64,000 nucleotides of DNA, from contig CAKKPP010000003.1 in assembly GCA_919901745.1 (NCBI GenBank), forward strand, positions 138,840 through 202,839, in the 5' to 3' direction. The position numbers and the translations under genes were made by a program. Positions 37,103 to 46,400 of the stretch are shown one piece after another (position 1 is the first letter of the stretch; every line of letters begins with the position of its first letter). Source of the DNA: Chloroflexota bacterium. Its GTDB lineage: Bacteria; Chloroflexota; Limnocylindria; Limnocylindrales; CSP1-4. Below the pieces are notes generated by a model. The model did not search any database and had not been told where the DNA came from. It saw only the letters and a list, made by a program, of their open reading frames with translations.

Positions 37103-37585
37103 GTGAGCCACCCCAGCCTGGGCGCCCCGCCGCCCGACCTGACCGCGGGAGCCGCCGGCGCGGCCGAACGGTTGGTCACAGGTGCAGCGCGCCTTGCGGC
37201 CCGAGCGTTGGAGATTGCCGCCGAGGCGGATCCGACGATGCTCGAGCGTCACGATGAAACGGCGCTGCGTCACCTGCAGCGTGACGCCGAGACGCTGCTC
37301 GAGCGCATTGCCCGTTCGCTTGCGGCCGACGACGTCGTCTTCACGCGCGAATTCGCCGATGCCATTGCGCCGCTCTATCGGCGCCGGCACGTTCCCATGG
37401 ACGATCTCGTGTCGATCATCGAGGGGCTCCGCCTGGCGATCGCGGCGACACTCGCACCGGACGAGCGGGCCGGAGCGGACCGCGCGATTGATGCGGCCGT
37501 CGCCGCCTTCCGCGCCTATCGCCGTCTCGCCGGCGACGCACGCAAGCGGAACCGGCTCCTGGCCTTCCTGTACAAGGGCGCCTGA
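37103..37585 (+). CDS. Hypothetical helical protein
   Basis: Protein-like C-terminal 160 aa of track ORF 36539..37585; GTG start. Confidence 0.4.
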   Translation: MSHPSLGAPPPDLTAGAAGAAERLVTGAARLAARALEIAAEADPTMLERHDETALRHLQRDAETLLERIARSLAADDVVFTREFADAIAPLYRRRHVPMDDLVSIIEGLRLAIAATLAPDERAGADRAIDAAVAAFRAYRRLAGDARKRNRLLAFLYKGA

Positions 37586-37587
37586 CG

Positions 37588-37917
37588 ATGACCATCAAGT
37601 GGGTGCAGCAGGACCCGCTGGTGATGAATGGTGAGCCGTTCTGCTACGGATCCCGGTTGACCGTCCGCCAGCTGCTCGAATTGCGGCGGAGCGGGTATGA
37701 CCTGACCGACATCCTCAAGGATCACCCGGAGCTCAAGGTGATGGGCGTGGCCGCCGCGTATGCGTTCGCCGCGGGTCAGGGCGAGCGCTACCAGGCGTTC
37801 GTGGACGCGGACGGATCATTCGTCGGTCCGGGGCTCACCGCCGCCGAGGCCGCCGGACTCCCCGACGCGTACCGTCTGCCGGGCGCCGTGATCAAGGAGC
37901 GCGCACCCGCCGCTTGA
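37588..37917 (+). CDS. DUF433 domain protein
   Basis: MNGEPFCYGSRLTVRQLLELRRSGY...ILKDHPEL matches DUF433. Confidence 0.7.
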   Translation: MTIKWVQQDPLVMNGEPFCYGSRLTVRQLLELRRSGYDLTDILKDHPELKVMGVAAAYAFAAGQGERYQAFVDADGSFVGPGLTAAEAAGLPDAYRLPGAVIKERAPAA

Positions 37918-38002
37918 CGTCGCGGCCGGCGCCCATCGTCGCTGTCGACGTCCATCCCGGCTCGCTTGTCGATTCGCGCTTCGCAGGGTTCCGTCGGGAC
38001 CG

Positions 38003-38419
38003 GTGGTACGCTCTCACGATGCACCCGGAGCACCAGTGACCGACTCGATCCAGAACCCGACAACCATGACCACCGACCAGGCTGCCGCCGCGACAATCGC
38101 CGCCGCCGCGCCCGAGGCCGGTGCGCCCGTGTTCGACGCCGAGCGTCGCGCGATGGAGCTCGCGATCCTCGATGCCCTGCGTGCCGTCGTCGACCCCGAG
38201 ATCGGAATGAACGTTGTCGAGCTCGCGCTCATCAGGCAGATCATCCTCGGCAAGGACGAGACCGAGGTCAAGATGATCCTCACGACCCCGTTCTGCCCGT
38301 ACGCCGGCTCGATGATCGCGCAGGTCAAGGAGCAGGCCGAGTCCGTCACGGAGCACGAGGTCAAAGTCACCCTGCTGGCAGAGCGCTGGGATCCGCGCGA
38401 CGCCGGCCTCATGTGGTAG
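38003..38419 (+). CDS. MIP18/DUF59 family Fe-S cluster assembly-type protein (SufT/PaaD-like)
   Basis: VVDPEIGMNVVELALI...MILTTPFCPYAGSM. Confidence 0.7.
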   Translation: MVRSHDAPGAPVTDSIQNPTTMTTDQAAAATIAAAAPEAGAPVFDAERRAMELAILDALRAVVDPEIGMNVVELALIRQIILGKDETEVKMILTTPFCPYAGSMIAQVKEQAESVTEHEVKVTLLAERWDPRDAGLMW

Positions 38420-38423
38420 GACC

Positions 38424-39131
38424 GTGACCCGCTCCGGTGACACGCCGGGCCGCTCCGGTGACACGCCGGGCCGCTCCGGTGACACGCCGGGCTTCGACTC
38501 TGCCGTCGCTACGAAGCGTGGTGACGACGGCACCACCGGCCTGCTCTACGGCGGATCGAGGATTGCCAAGGACGACGCCCGGACCGAGGCATATGGCACC
38601 GTCGACGAGGCGGTCGCTGCCCTGGGGCTGGCGCGCGCCAACGTCGGGCTGAAGGCGCGGATCGGCGTCCTGCCGCGGGGCCTCGGTGGGTTCGGCGAGA
38701 CGATCCTGCGGCTGCAGCGTGAACTGTTCGTGGTTGGTGCCGAGCTTGCCACGAACCCGGATGCCTGGGATCGCCTGGAGGACGGCCGGACCCGCGTATC
38801 GGCGGCGATGGTCGCCGGCCTCGACGACCTCCTCGAGGTGGTCGAATCGCACATCGAGATGCCGCGCGAGTTCGTCGTCCCAGGCGAGACGCCCACCAGC
38901 GCCGCGCTCGAGCTGGCCCGAACCACCGTGCGTCGCGCCGAGCGCCGCGCGGTCGGCCTGCGGCACGGTGGGCTCGCACCCGGTGAGCATCTCGTGCCCT
39001 ATCTCAATCGACTCGCGGACCTGTTGTGGGTCCTCGCGCGCGCCGCCGAGCAGGCCGAATCGCGTCGTGCCACGCCATCTCGAAGTGGAACCCGGGATCG
39101 GATCGACCGATCCCCCGTCAACGCCGGTTGA
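38424..39131 (+). CDS. PduO-type ATP:cob(I)alamin adenosyltransferase
   Basis: KRGDDGTTGLLYGGSRIAKDDARTEAYGTVDEA...LQRELFVVGAELAT. The N-terminus carries an in-frame 21-bp x3 repeat. Confidence 0.8.
   Translation: MTRSGDTPGRSGDTPGRSGDTPGFDSAVATKRGDDGTTGLLYGGSRIAKDDARTEAYGTVDEAVAALGLARANVGLKARIGVLPRGLGGFGETILRLQRELFVVGAELATNPDAWDRLEDGRTRVSAAMVAGLDDLLEVVESHIEMPREFVVPGETPTSAALELARTTVRRAERRAVGLRHGGLAPGEHLVPYLNRLADLLWVLARAAEQAESRRATPSRSGTRDRIDRSPVNAG
38430..38492 (+). repeat. 21-bp perfect tandem repeat x3, in frame (encodes RSGDTPG x3)
   Basis: Read directly: CGCTCCGGTGACACGCCGGGC x3. Confidence 0.9.
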
Positions 39132-39150
39132 TCTGCAAGGAGATCCATCG

Positions 39151-39855
39151 ATGAGCTTCCAACCGTCCCAGTTCGGGTCGCCGTCGCAGATGGGCGTTCG
39201 GCCCGCGGCCGCCCTGTCCGCGTCCTTCCTGACCCAGGCGTTCACGTGGATGTTCGCCGGGCTGCTGCTGACGGCGGCCGTGTCCGCGTTCGTGAGCGGC
39301 AGCGAGCAGCTGCTCAGGTTCGCGGCCGACTTCTTCCTGTTCGCGGTGATCGGCCAGCTGGCTCTCGTCGTCGTGATCAGCGCCGGCATCAACAAGATCG
39401 GCGCGACCGTGGCCCTGGGCCTCTTCTTCGTGTACGCAGCGACCCTGGGGCTGACGGTCGGTCTGATCACCGCCCAATACACGCTCCCCTCGGTTGCGAC
39501 GGCGTTCCTCAGCGCCGGTGCGATGTTCGGTGGTGCTGCCCTGTACGGCGCGACGACGAAGCGATCGCTCGTCGGCATCGGCGGATTCCTGACCATGGGC
39601 GTGATCGGTCTGATCGTGGCGTCCGTGGTGAACATCTTCCTGGTCAGCGGGCCGCTCGGCTGGATCATCTCGTTTGCCGGCGTGGCGATCTTCACCGTCC
39701 TGACCGCGTACGACGTCCAGCGCATCTCGTCCGGCGACCTCGCCGCGCAGTACGGCTCGATGGAGAAGGCGGCCGTCATCGGGGCGCTCCGTCTCTACCT
39801 CGACTTCATCAACATCTTCCTGTTCCTGCTTCGCCTCTTCGGCAATCGCCGCTAG
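39151..39855 (+). CDS. Bax-inhibitor-1/YccA family membrane protein
   Basis: Seven TM helices, conserved ...AYDVQRI... and a C-terminal basic tail. SD AAGGAG 8 nt before the ATG. Track start 38686 is spurious. Confidence 0.85.
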   Translation: MSFQPSQFGSPSQMGVRPAAALSASFLTQAFTWMFAGLLLTAAVSAFVSGSEQLLRFAADFFLFAVIGQLALVVVISAGINKIGATVALGLFFVYAATLGLTVGLITAQYTLPSVATAFLSAGAMFGGAALYGATTKRSLVGIGGFLTMGVIGLIVASVVNIFLVSGPLGWIISFAGVAIFTVLTAYDVQRISSGDLAAQYGSMEKAAVIGALRLYLDFINIFLFLLRLFGNRR

Positions 39856-39856
39856 T

Positions 39857-39920
39857 CCGCGGCCCGGGCGCCGGGCGGCCCCGCGGTCCGGGCGACGGGC
39901 GGCCCCGCGGTCCGGGCGCC
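39857..39920. repeat. 24-bp tandem repeat x2.7 built from palindromic hexamers (CCGCGG, CCCGGG, GGCGCC)
   Basis: Read directly after the BI-1 stop. Confidence 0.85.
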
Positions 39921-40175
39921 TCGCTTTGTGACGCCCGTTTCCTGACAGACGACACCCACCCGAGCATGCGGCTCCGTTGCCGGTCGAGCATCCTGCCAGA
40001 GGTGCTCCGACGCGAGAATCAGGCAGGGTCCGGACGATGCTCCCCGCACGAAGGACGCCGCGATCTCTCGCGGGCGATCGCTGGATCGAGCCTGGTGCTC
40101 CCCGTAGGAGCGTCTGGCAGGATCGGGCTCCTCCACACCGGCGGGCGGCCGGGATCGCGATCCTTCACTTCGGCG

Positions 40176-40231
40176 GATCCCGCGACCCGTCACGTGGCCG
40201 ATCCCGCGATCCGTCACGTGGCCAGGATCCC
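40176..40231. repeat. 24-bp tandem repeat x2.3 (GATCCCGCGAYCCGTCACGTGGCC), each unit with a CACGTG palindrome
   Basis: Read directly; ends 7 nt from the HAD hydrolase stop. Confidence 0.85.
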
Positions 40232-40237
40232 GATTCA

Positions 40238-40978
40238 TCACACCATCGGGAGGAGGTCGCCGATCGAGTCCAGGAGCACGTCGGCCAGGCCCGAGAGGTC
40301 CGCTTCGGTGCCGACGCCCGAGAGCACTCCGACCACCAGTCCCACCCCGCCTGCGCGGCCCATCACGAGGTCCTTGGGCGCGTCACCGATCACGGCGCAC
40401 CGCTCCGGCCGAACCCCGAGCGACGCTGCCAGGTGAAGGACCATGTCCGGCGCCGGCTTGACCCGGACGCCGTCGTCCGCGGCCACGATGGCCTCGACCC
40501 AACCCGACACGCCGAGTGCCGCCAGCGTCCGTTCGGTCGGGTCGCGATCGTCGGTCGTGGCCACGGCGATCCGACGCCCGTCCGCCGCAAGACGCGCGAA
40601 GAGCCGCTCGAGGTTTGCCAGGGGCTGGGCGACCGCGACGGGGTCGGGAGCGTGCCAGGTCTCCGCGACGATCGTCTCCGCGATCTCCAGCGGCACCCGG
40701 GAACCCGCGACGACGTCCACGGTCATCTCGCGCAGGCGCGCCATGGGCGTCGCGGCGAGGGCGCCGTGGGCGAGCGTCCGTCGCGTGACCAGGTCGTACC
40801 CGAGCATCGCGAAGAGGGGTGCCCGCACGTCGAGGTCGGTGGCCGCGTCGATCCGGTCGGCAAGGGTTTCGGCCCACTCACCCCACGGCCCGTGGAAGTC
40901 GACGAGCGTGCCGTCCTTGTCGAAGATGACGAGGTCGATTCCCGTCAGATCGGGTGGCCCGCCGCGGGCAGCCGTCAC
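40238..40978 (-). CDS. HAD-superfamily hydrolase (phosphatase)
   Basis: Motif I DLVIFDKDGTLVD, motif II, motif III K, motif IV GDAPKD. Confidence 0.8.
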   Translation of the reverse strand: MTAARGGPPDLTGIDLVIFDKDGTLVDFHGPWGEWAETLADRIDAATDLDVRAPLFAMLGYDLVTRRTLAHGALAATPMARLREMTVDVVAGSRVPLEIAETIVAETWHAPDPVAVAQPLANLERLFARLAADGRRIAVATTDDRDPTERTLAALGVSGWVEAIVAADDGVRVKPAPDMVLHLAASLGVRPERCAVIGDAPKDLVMGRAGGVGLVVGVLSGVGTEADLSGLADVLLDSIGDLLPMV

Positions 40979-42075
40979 GCCTCGTCGGCGTCGATCGACA
41001 GGGCGGGGATCTCGGCCGCTGCGTCGAGGAGGAGGCAGGCCTCCGGCGGGAACGTGAGGGCCAGGGTGTCACCGATCTTCGGCAAGATCAGGCTCGGGTT
41101 GTTGAACGTATCGAACGACAATCGCCCGGCGCCTTCGCCGACCTTGACCCGGATTCGTACGATCGACCCGAGGAACGTGACGTCCTCGATCTTGCCAGAG
41201 AGCCGGTTGCCGTCACCCTCGCCGCCGATCGTGACGATCTCGGGTCGCAGGGCCACCGACACCTTGGAGCCGTTCGGCGCCGACACCGACGCGGCACGGA
41301 TCTCCTGGCCGTCCACCGACAGGCGCCCCGACGCGGCATCCACGACGCTCGCGGCGAGGACGTTGAGCGTGCCCACGAACGAGGCGACGAACGCCGTGGT
41401 CGGGAAGTTGTAGATCTCGAACGGCGTCCCGATCTGCTCGATCCGACCCTCGTTCATGACCACGACCCGATCGGACAGCGACAGCGCCTCCTCCTGGTCG
41501 TGGGTGACGTAGACGGTGGTGATCCCGAGCTGTCGCTGGATCGCGCGGATCTCGTTGCGCAGGGAGACCCGGATCTTCGCGTCCAGGGCTGACAGCGGCT
41601 CGTCGAGGAGCAGGACCTGTGGCTCGAACGCCAGGGCGCGGGCCAGGGCCACCCGTTGCTGCTGGCCGCCAGACAGCTGATACGGGTAGCGACCGGCCCG
41701 GTCGGGCAGATGGATCAGCTCGAGCAGCTCGCCGACCCGCTTCTGGACCTGCTCCTTCGGCCGCTTGCGCACCTTGAGGCCGAAGCCGATGTTTTCGGCC
41801 ACGGTCATGTTCGGGAAGAGCGCGTACGACTGGAAGACCATCCCGACGTTGCGCTGGTTCGGGGAACGGTGGGTGATGTCCACGTCGTTGATGACGATCC
41901 TGCCCGCCGATGGCAGCTCGAAGCCGGCGATCATCCGCAGGGTCGTCGTCTTGCCGCAACCGCTGGGCCCCAGGAAGGACACGAACTCGCCCTTCTCGGC
42001 CTCGAGGGTGAAGTCCTCCACCGCGGTGAACGCGCCGAAGTGCTTCTGGACGCCGGTGAGGGTCAGGAACGACAT
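40975..42075 (-). CDS. ABC transporter ATP-binding protein (PotA/2-aminoethylphosphonate-type importer)
   Basis: Walker A GPSGCGKTT, LSGGQQQRV signature, Walker B LLLDEP, C-terminal TOBE/MOP-like domain. Start at MSFLT (42075) with GAGGT RBS; the track N-terminal 270 aa is junk. Confidence 0.85.
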   Translation of the reverse strand: MSFLTLTGVQKHFGAFTAVEDFTLEAEKGEFVSFLGPSGCGKTTTLRMIAGFELPSAGRIVINDVDITHRSPNQRNVGMVFQSYALFPNMTVAENIGFGLKVRKRPKEQVQKRVGELLELIHLPDRAGRYPYQLSGGQQQRVALARALAFEPQVLLLDEPLSALDAKIRVSLRNEIRAIQRQLGITTVYVTHDQEEALSLSDRVVVMNEGRIEQIGTPFEIYNFPTTAFVASFVGTLNVLAASVVDAASGRLSVDGQEIRAASVSAPNGSKVSVALRPEIVTIGGEGDGNRLSGKIEDVTFLGSIVRIRVKVGEGAGRLSFDTFNNPSLILPKIGDTLALTFPPEACLLLDAAAEIPALSIDADEA

Positions 42076-42101
42076 CGGGAACCTCATCTCTGGTTGTGGC
42101 A

Positions 42102-42965
42102 TCAGCGCGCGCCGCCGACCTGGATCCGCTGTCCCCCTCGGCCCAGGAACTGGATGGCGCCCATCGCGATCCAGGTGAGGCCGAAGCTGATGATCGAGAC
42201 GCCCGCCGGCTCGAACGCCTTGTTCTGGCCGAGGAGCGACAGGTACGGACCAAAGGTCTTGCTCCCGAGGAAGCTGGCCATCGTGTACTCGCCGATGACG
42301 ATCGCCAGCGTCAGGAAGGCGCCGCTCAGCAGCGCGACCCGGATGTTCGGGAAGATCACGCCCACGATGATCCGCGGCCAGCCCGCGCCCAGGCTCTGGG
42401 CCGCCTCGGTGAGCGACTGGATGTCGATCGCGCGGAGGCCGGTGTCGACGGCGCGGTACATGTACGGGAACGACAGGATCGTGTACGCGCCGACGAGGAC
42501 GATGGTGCTCCCGAACGTCGTGTCCATCAGCGGAAACGGGGGCCCGCTGAAGGTCCGGATCAGCCCGAACACGGCGACGACCGGTGGGATCACGAACGGC
42601 ATGAGCGTGATGAACTCGACGATCGGTCTGAGCCGGGGCAAGCGCAGGCGGACCCAGTAGGCCGTCGGGACGATGATCGCGATGCTCAGGATGATCGTGG
42701 CGATCGCGACGCCGAACGAGAACAGGAGCCGCGGGAAGAACTCCGATCGCGGGTCGAGGACGACGTTCTCGTAGTAGCGGAGCGACGGCTCCGGCTTGAC
42801 CGGCCCCGTTGGGTGGCCGAGCGCGAACTCGAACGTGGCGACGAGGGGCAGGAAGAAGTACAGGAAGCCGAGGCCGAAGATCACCCACGCCCACAGCGCT
42901 CCGCGTCGGGGCTTCTCGTCCGGGGCGGGCTTGCCGACCGACTCCAGAGCGCCGGGCGCCCTCAT
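42102..42965 (-). CDS. ABC transporter permease (PotC-like)
   Basis: Six TM helices; EAA-like loop (SLTEAAQSLGAGWPRI). Confidence 0.8.
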   Translation of the reverse strand: MRAPGALESVGKPAPDEKPRRGALWAWVIFGLGFLYFFLPLVATFEFALGHPTGPVKPEPSLRYYENVVLDPRSEFFPRLLFSFGVAIATIILSIAIIVPTAYWVRLRLPRLRPIVEFITLMPFVIPPVVAVFGLIRTFSGPPFPLMDTTFGSTIVLVGAYTILSFPYMYRAVDTGLRAIDIQSLTEAAQSLGAGWPRIIVGVIFPNIRVALLSGAFLTLAIVIGEYTMASFLGSKTFGPYLSLLGQNKAFEPAGVSIISFGLTWIAMGAIQFLGRGGQRIQVGGAR

Positions 42966-42988
42966 TCCGATGGCGCCGCCGCCCTGGG

Positions 42989-43894
42989 TCACTTGAGCCA
43001 CCGCTCCGACCGGCGCTGGAGCAGGCTGTACCCGGTGATCGCCATGGCCATGATCACGACCATGCCCATCGCCATTGCGAACCCGAGGCCCGTGTTGTGG
43101 AGGACGTCACCACGGATCTGGGCGCCGATGACGATCGACGCGATCGGGATCGTTCCGCCGGTCAGCTGGAAGGCCGTCGCCTGGGCACCGAACGCGTTCC
43201 CGAAGAGCAGGATGACCGCGCCCATCAGGGAGGGCAGCAGGATCGGGAAAGCGACATAGCGCCAGTACTGGAACCCGGTCGCCCCCATGTTCTCGGCGGC
43301 CTCGCGCCAATCGCGTTTCAGCCCGTCCAGTGCCGGCGCGATGATCAGGACCATGAGCGGGAACTGGAAGTACATGTAGACGATCTCGAGGCCGACCTTG
43401 GAATAGAGGCTGAAGCCGGCCTGGCCGATGTCGGTCGCGAACGTGTTGTTGATGAACGCCGTCAGGAAGCCCAGGTTTCCGAGCGTATAGATGAACGCCA
43501 GCGCCAGCGGAACGCCGGCGAAGTTGGAGGCGACACCCGAGAAGGTCATGAGCGCATTGCGCATGAACGGCGGGAGTCCGCCGAGGATGACCGACGCCGC
43601 CAGCAGGAAGCCGAACAGCCCGCCGCCGATCGCGGTGATCGCGCTGATCTCGATGCTGTTCGCGTACGCGTTCGCGACGATCGGCGTCGTGAGATCCGCG
43701 TAGTTCTGGAGTGTGGGCTGTCCCTCCTGGTCGAGGAAGCTGCCGACGACCAGGAAGCCCGCCGGCAGGAACATGAACAGGAGCGTGAACAGGAAGAACG
43801 GCGACACCCCGAGCCAGGCGAGCAGCGGGCGGCGCTGCGCGGGGCGCGCGGATCGCGCGCCCCGCTTGTTGCCGTCAGCCGCCGTGTCGGGCAC
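42989..43894 (-). CDS. ABC transporter permease (PotB-like)
   Basis: Six TM helices; EAA-like loop (WREAAENMGATGFQYWRYV). Confidence 0.8.
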   Translation of the reverse strand: MPDTAADGNKRGARSARPAQRRPLLAWLGVSPFFLFTLLFMFLPAGFLVVGSFLDQEGQPTLQNYADLTTPIVANAYANSIEISAITAIGGGLFGFLLAASVILGGLPPFMRNALMTFSGVASNFAGVPLALAFIYTLGNLGFLTAFINNTFATDIGQAGFSLYSKVGLEIVYMYFQFPLMVLIIAPALDGLKRDWREAAENMGATGFQYWRYVAFPILLPSLMGAVILLFGNAFGAQATAFQLTGGTIPIASIVIGAQIRGDVLHNTGLGFAMAMGMVVIMAMAITGYSLLQRRSERWLK

Positions 43895-43911
43895 GGGGTG
43901 TCGGTCTTGGG

Positions 43912-45081
43912 CTACTTGACGTCGGCCCCGACGACCGCGTCCCAGTTCTCGGTGATGAGCGTCTTCGCCGCATTGAGCTGATCAAGCGACGGGAAGACCG
44001 CACCGGTCACGTCCGGCAGCTTTGCGAGCTGCTCGGCCGGGACCTTGTCGTTGGCAGTGAGATCCTCGTAGCGGATCGGGTGGCAGTAGCCTTCCAGCCA
44101 GATGTTCTGCCCCTCATCCGAGTACAGGAATTCCTGCCAGAGCTTGGCCGCGCTCGGATGCGGCGCATAGGCGCTGATGCCCTGGACGTAGACGCCCGCG
44201 AACCGGCCGGATGTCGGAACGACGACCTCGATCGGCGGGTTGCCCGCAGAGGCATCCCGGTTCGCGAGCGCGTTGTACGTCCAGCGGATCGTGATCGGGG
44301 TCTCGCCCGAGGCGATCGTGCCCGGCTTCGCGATGACCGGGACGAAGTTCCCGGCGAGGTTCAGCTGCTTGAAGAAGTCGAGGCCCGCCTGGGCATCGTC
44401 GAGCGAACCGCCGTTGGCGAGGGCCGCCGCATAGACGGTCTGGATCGCCTGATTGGAGGATCGCGGGTCACCGGCGAGGGCGACCATGTTCTTGTACTCG
44501 GGCTTGAGCAGGTCGCTCCAGTCCTTCGGGACGTTCTTCACGACGGCGGTGTTCACTTCGAACGAAAGCACGCCGTAGTAGTCGCCCCACCAGTAGCCGT
44601 CGGCGTCCTTGGCGTCGCCCGGGATCGTGTCCCAGGTCGCCACCTTGTACGGCTGGAACAGGTTCTCGGCCTTGCCGGACGGTCCGAAGGCGAGGCCGAC
44701 GTCGACGACGTCCGGGGCCGAGGGGCCCGTGCTGTTCTGGTTGGCCTTGATTGCCTCGATCTCGTCGCCGGAGCCGGCGTTCGGGTCGAGCTCGTTGATC
44801 TCGATGCCGTATTTGGCCTTGAAGGCGTCGATGACGCCGCCGTAGTTGCACCAGTCATGGGGCAGGGCGATCGTCGTGAGCGTGCCCTCGGCCTGGGCCG
44901 CCTTATGAAGGTCGCTGCCGACATCGGCAGGGGCGAGCGCCGGGGGCGCATCCGTCGGCGCGACCGACGCCGGCGGGGCGTCCGTGGCGGGCGCCGGGGT
45001 GGCCGCGCCGGAGCACGCCGCGGCGACGATCGCCAGGGTGCCGACGAGCCCAATGAGTCGGGTTCGTGAATCGATCCTCAA
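43912..45081 (-). CDS. ABC transporter substrate-binding lipoprotein (PotD/Fe3+-type family)
   Basis: Lipobox IVAAAC|SG; periplasmic binding protein fold, 389 aa. Confidence 0.8.
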   Translation of the reverse strand: MRIDSRTRLIGLVGTLAIVAAACSGAATPAPATDAPPASVAPTDAPPALAPADVGSDLHKAAQAEGTLTTIALPHDWCNYGGVIDAFKAKYGIEINELDPNAGSGDEIEAIKANQNSTGPSAPDVVDVGLAFGPSGKAENLFQPYKVATWDTIPGDAKDADGYWWGDYYGVLSFEVNTAVVKNVPKDWSDLLKPEYKNMVALAGDPRSSNQAIQTVYAAALANGGSLDDAQAGLDFFKQLNLAGNFVPVIAKPGTIASGETPITIRWTYNALANRDASAGNPPIEVVVPTSGRFAGVYVQGISAYAPHPSAAKLWQEFLYSDEGQNIWLEGYCHPIRYEDLTANDKVPAEQLAKLPDVTGAVFPSLDQLNAAKTLITENWDAVVGADVK

Positions 45082-45312
45082 CGTAGTCTCCCTGTGGTGG
45101 ATGGGGGGTTAGTGGGTCCAGCGAATGACAGATGTGATCGGGGCACCTCCTCGACAACGAAACCTGGCGGCGCGAACGTCAAGGCGGCCGGCCACCCAAG
45201 CTGGGGGTGCGCCTCCTCGTCAGCGCGCAGTGTGCCGATTCCGGGATATGTCCGTCAATGTTTCGCTCGGCGTCGACCTGCACGTGAGCGCTTCGCCTGT
45301 CCGTGTGACAGC

Positions 45313-45339
45313 GATGCCGGGCCGTCAGGGCCCGGCATC
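45313..45339 (-). terminator. Perfect 11-bp stem / 5-nt loop hairpin GATGCCGGGCC-GTCAG-GGCCCGGCATC
   Basis: About 30 nt downstream of the proX stop on the minus strand. Confidence 0.4.
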
Positions 45340-45369
45340 GCCTTGCAGTTGCCTGGGCTCAGGACCGGA

Positions 45370-46302
45370 TCAGGGGATCCAGGCCTTCCAGACGGCCTCG
45401 TTGTCCGCCACCCACTTGGCTGCAGCCGCATCCGCGGTCATGCCCTGGTTGGTGATGTAGTCGGAGACGAGGTTCTGGTCCGCGTTGGTCCAGGTGAAGT
45501 TCTTGACGAGGGTGGCGGCGTCGCCGCCCTCCTTTGCGAACTTCGTGGAGATCACCTTGTTGAGCGCGTACTCGGGGTACGCGCAGGCGACCTTCTCGAG
45601 ATCCGCGTCGCACCCATCGGTATAGGCCGGCAGGTTGACCTGCACGTAATCGGCCACCGCATGGATCCAGTGGGGATCCCAGAAATAGAGGAGCAGCGGC
45701 GTCTTCTGGGCGTCCGCCTGCTTCATCGCTTCTACCGAGGCCGTCTCGCTGCCGGAAAAGACGACCTTGAAATTGAGGCCCAGGTTCGTCATCAGGGCCT
45801 CGTCGTATTGCACGTACGACGGATCGCTGCCAAGGAACTGGCCCAAGTCGCCGGACTCGGACGTCTTGAACAGGTCCGCGTACTTGTTCAGGTTCGCCGA
45901 GTCGACGATATCCGGATTCTCGTCGACCATCCACTTCGGAACGTACCACCCGATGATCCCGACATTGCCGGTGGTTCCGGCGACCTCGGCGACCTTCTTC
46001 TCATCGATATAGATCTTCTCGAGATCGGGGTGGCCCCAGTTCTCGATGATCACGTCGACCTCACCGGTCTCGAAGCCCTGCCAGGAGACATCCTCCTTCA
46101 GGTCCTTCTTGACGACGGTGTAGCCGAGTTCGTTCTCGAGGAGGTACGCAACGACGGCGGCGTTGGCCTCGTACCCGACCCACGGGTTGATCGCGATGTT
46201 GACGGTCCCCTTGCTCCCGCTGCCGGCAGGTGTGCAGGCGGCCAGGATGAGGCCGATGGTGGTCACCCCGGCGACGAGGCGGCCTAGACGTCCGATGTTC
46301 AT
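45370..46302 (-). CDS. proX: Glycine betaine/proline ABC transporter substrate-binding lipoprotein
   Basis: Lipobox ILAAC; OpuAC-type binding domain (…NWGHPDLEK…, …GWYVPKWM…). Start at MNIGRL (46302); the track extension is junk. Confidence 0.85.
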   Translation of the reverse strand: MNIGRLGRLVAGVTTIGLILAACTPAGSGSKGTVNIAINPWVGYEANAAVVAYLLENELGYTVVKKDLKEDVSWQGFETGEVDVIIENWGHPDLEKIYIDEKKVAEVAGTTGNVGIIGWYVPKWMVDENPDIVDSANLNKYADLFKTSESGDLGQFLGSDPSYVQYDEALMTNLGLNFKVVFSGSETASVEAMKQADAQKTPLLLYFWDPHWIHAVADYVQVNLPAYTDGCDADLEKVACAYPEYALNKVISTKFAKEGGDAATLVKNFTWTNADQNLVSDYITNQGMTADAAAAKWVADNEAVWKAWIP

Positions 46303-46400
46303 GGTGGGTGTCGCTCCTCCAGTCGTGGTCCGACCCGCTCGGGCGGTGTTGGCGGGCCCCATATTGGACCTTTCGACCAATCCGCGATACCCCTCGCCAT

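Noticed and set aside
8170-40231. Tandem repeats considered as possible CRISPR arrays
   Set aside because: Units are contiguous with no unique spacers, only 2-3 copies, and no cas genes; these are simple tandem duplications.
40975-42894. N-terminal 270 aa of the 639-aa track ORF
   Set aside because: Arg-rich junk preceding the true ABC ATPase start (MSFLT at 42075, with RBS); it would also overlap the permease gene.
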